NCBI GenBank assembly: GCA_036785375.1
Contig: JAWMAR010000392.1
Location: forward strand, 1,302,001 to 1,366,000
Reading direction: 5' to 3'
DNA from: Leucoraja ocellata
Taxonomy: Eukaryota
DNA: 64,000 bases
The notes under the pieces are model-generated. The model did not search any database. It had not been told where the DNA came from and saw only the letters and a program-made list of their open reading frames with translations. Position 1 is the stretch's first letter, and each line of letters starts with the position of its first letter. This document shows positions 62,132 to 64,000 of this stretch, piece after piece. A program made the translations under genes and the position numbers.

Positions 62132-62808
62132 GCATTCAGATTCAGATTCAATCTTTATTGCCATTGTGCAGTGTACAGTACAGAGACCACAAAATGCAGT
62201 TAGCATCTCACCCAGAAGAGCGAACATAGAATAATGAGCAATAAGTATATATATGTACATACAGTAGTGGTAGTGTAATTTTTTCTGGGGGAAGGAGTGT
62301 CCGTGGGGGTGGGTGAGTGGCAGTCACCGAGGTACAGTGTTGAGCAGTGTAACAGCCACTGGGAAGAAGCTGTTCCTGGACCTACTGGTTCGGCAACGGT
62401 GAGACCTGTAGCGCCTCCCAGATGGTAAACAGTCTATGGCTGGGGTGAGAGCAGTCCTTGGCAATGCTGCACGCCCTTCGCAGACAACGCTTGCTTTGGA
62501 CAGACCCAATGGAGGGGAGTGAGGAACCGGTGATGCGTTGGGCAGTTTTCACCACCCTCTGCAATGCTTTCCGGTCGGAGACAGAGCAGTTGCCATACCA
62601 TACTGTGATAGAGTTGCTAAGGATGCTCTCGATGGTGCAGCGGTGGTAGTTCACCAGAATCTGAGGAGGCAGATGGACCTTCTTCAGTCTCCTCAGGAAG
62701 AAGAGACGCTGGTGAGCCTTCTTGACCAGAGTTGAGGTATTGTGGGTCCAAGAGAGGTCATCGGAGATGTTGACCCCCAGAAACCTGAAGCTGGAAACAC
62801 GTTCCACT
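62132..62808 (-). mobile_element. Rex1/Babar-like LINE 3' part
   Basis: ORF 62382-62807 (KKAHQRLFFLRRLKK); (AATCTG)n tail; same family as 19210 and 24295. Confidence 0.85.
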
Positions 62809-63829
62809 CATGCCATGGGCAATGGTGTGCACAGACATGTTAGCAGTTCAGTGTAGTTTAGAGATACAGCGTGAAAACAGGCCCTTCGGCCCAGCAAGTC
62901 CGCAACGCCTATTGACCCATACACCTGTACTTCTTTGGGGTGTGGGAGGAAACCGAACATCGCGTAGAAAATCCACACAGGTCACGGGGAGAACGTAAAC
63001 CTTCTCTGACCTCTTCATCAGTTTTTCTCTTCCTTCCAAGAGCAGGGTGACCAAAACTCCAAATCAGTCATTCGAGGAATGCCAGCATAATGAAGGATGA
63101 GTCTCACCCCAGTCATTCCCTCTTCTCCCCTTTCCCGTTTGGCAAGAGGCACGGAAGTGTGAAAATGCACACCGCCTGAATCAGGGACAGTTTCTTCAAA
63201 GGCTGTTTAGAGAGAATTGAGCCATTCTAACACCAACTAGATAGCAGGCCGGAGTCACCACCTATCTCATTGGAGACCTTCGGACTATCTTTAATTGAAC
63301 TAAACATTATTCCCTTTATCTGTACACTATCGCCTTTTTGCTGATTGGATAGCATGCAAGAAAAAGCGTCTTAATATACCTCAGTATTCTTGAGGTGTAT
63401 AAAATCGTGAGGGAAATAGGTCGGGTATACTAACAGAGTCTCTTGCTCAGAGCAGGGGAATCGAGAACCAGAGGACATAGGTTTAAGCTAAAGGGGGGAA
63501 AGATTCAATAGGAATCTGAGGGGTAACTTTTTCACTCATGGGTGTATGGAATGAGCTGTCAGAGGAGGTTGTTGATGTCAGGATGATTGCAACGTTTAAG
63601 AAACAATGAGATGGACCGATGGATAGGTCAGGTTTAGAGTGATATAATAATAATAATTGTTTATAGGGACAGTGCATATTAATTAACATTTGCATGTAAA
63701 TATGCAAGATTGTAGCCAATCAGTAGCTAATTTCCGTCTCTAGTCCCAGGCAAAGGTAGGTGGAAGTGTCTTGCCCAAGGACACAACGACAGTACACACT
63801 CCAAGCAGGATTCGAACCAGCCGAACACT

Positions 63830-64000
63830 TAACCATATAATAACCATATAATAATTACAGCACGGAAACAGGCCATCTCGGCCCTACAAGTCCGTGCCGA
63901 ACAAATTTTTTTCCCCTTAGTCCCACCTGCCTGCACTCATACCATAACCCTCCATTCCCTTCTCATCCATATGCCTATCCAATTTATTTTTAAATGATAC
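63830..64000 (-). mobile_element. CR1 LINE family B 3' end (runs off the window)
   Basis: Tail and AGRWD-type end. Confidence 0.85.

Noticed and set aside
62101-64000. Search for the MHC class I alpha-2 exon
   Set aside because: Only Rex/Babar, SINE and CR1 remnants seen; the exon presumably lies beyond the window

Overview
Repeat-dense vertebrate genomic DNA with four N-gaps. The repeat content suggests a cartilaginous fish (skate/ray/shark); this is inferred, not shown. Most of the window is 5'-truncated retrotransposons: two young CR1 LINE families, Rex/Babar, L1/Tx1, RTE, tRNA-derived SINEs, and Penelope-like elements (PLEs) carrying hammerhead-ribozyme motifs. There is also a solo LTR, palindromic MITEs, a THAP-derived palindromic DNA element and a 2.5-kb C-rich minisatellite. 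Two host loci are visible. (1) A NAT8/camello-type GNAT acetyltransferase cluster: an intact copy (33527-32772, minus), a frameshifted tandem copy (41057-40339, minus) and an inverted truncated copy (22698-22860, plus). The two minus-strand copies share a 309-bp identical tract, and an HNF1-like site lies at the putative promoter of the intact copy. (2) The 5' part of an MHC class I heavy-chain gene on the plus strand: an ISRE/S-X-Y/CCAAT promoter (~51790-51910), a leader exon (52042-52093) and an alpha-1 exon (61837-62100); the rest lies beyond the window. The most unusual signals are ~90-nt hammerhead-bearing insertions flanked by their own target-site duplications (TSDs), and the class I gene lying head-to-head with the NAT8 cluster. 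TE boundaries were read by eye and are approximate.
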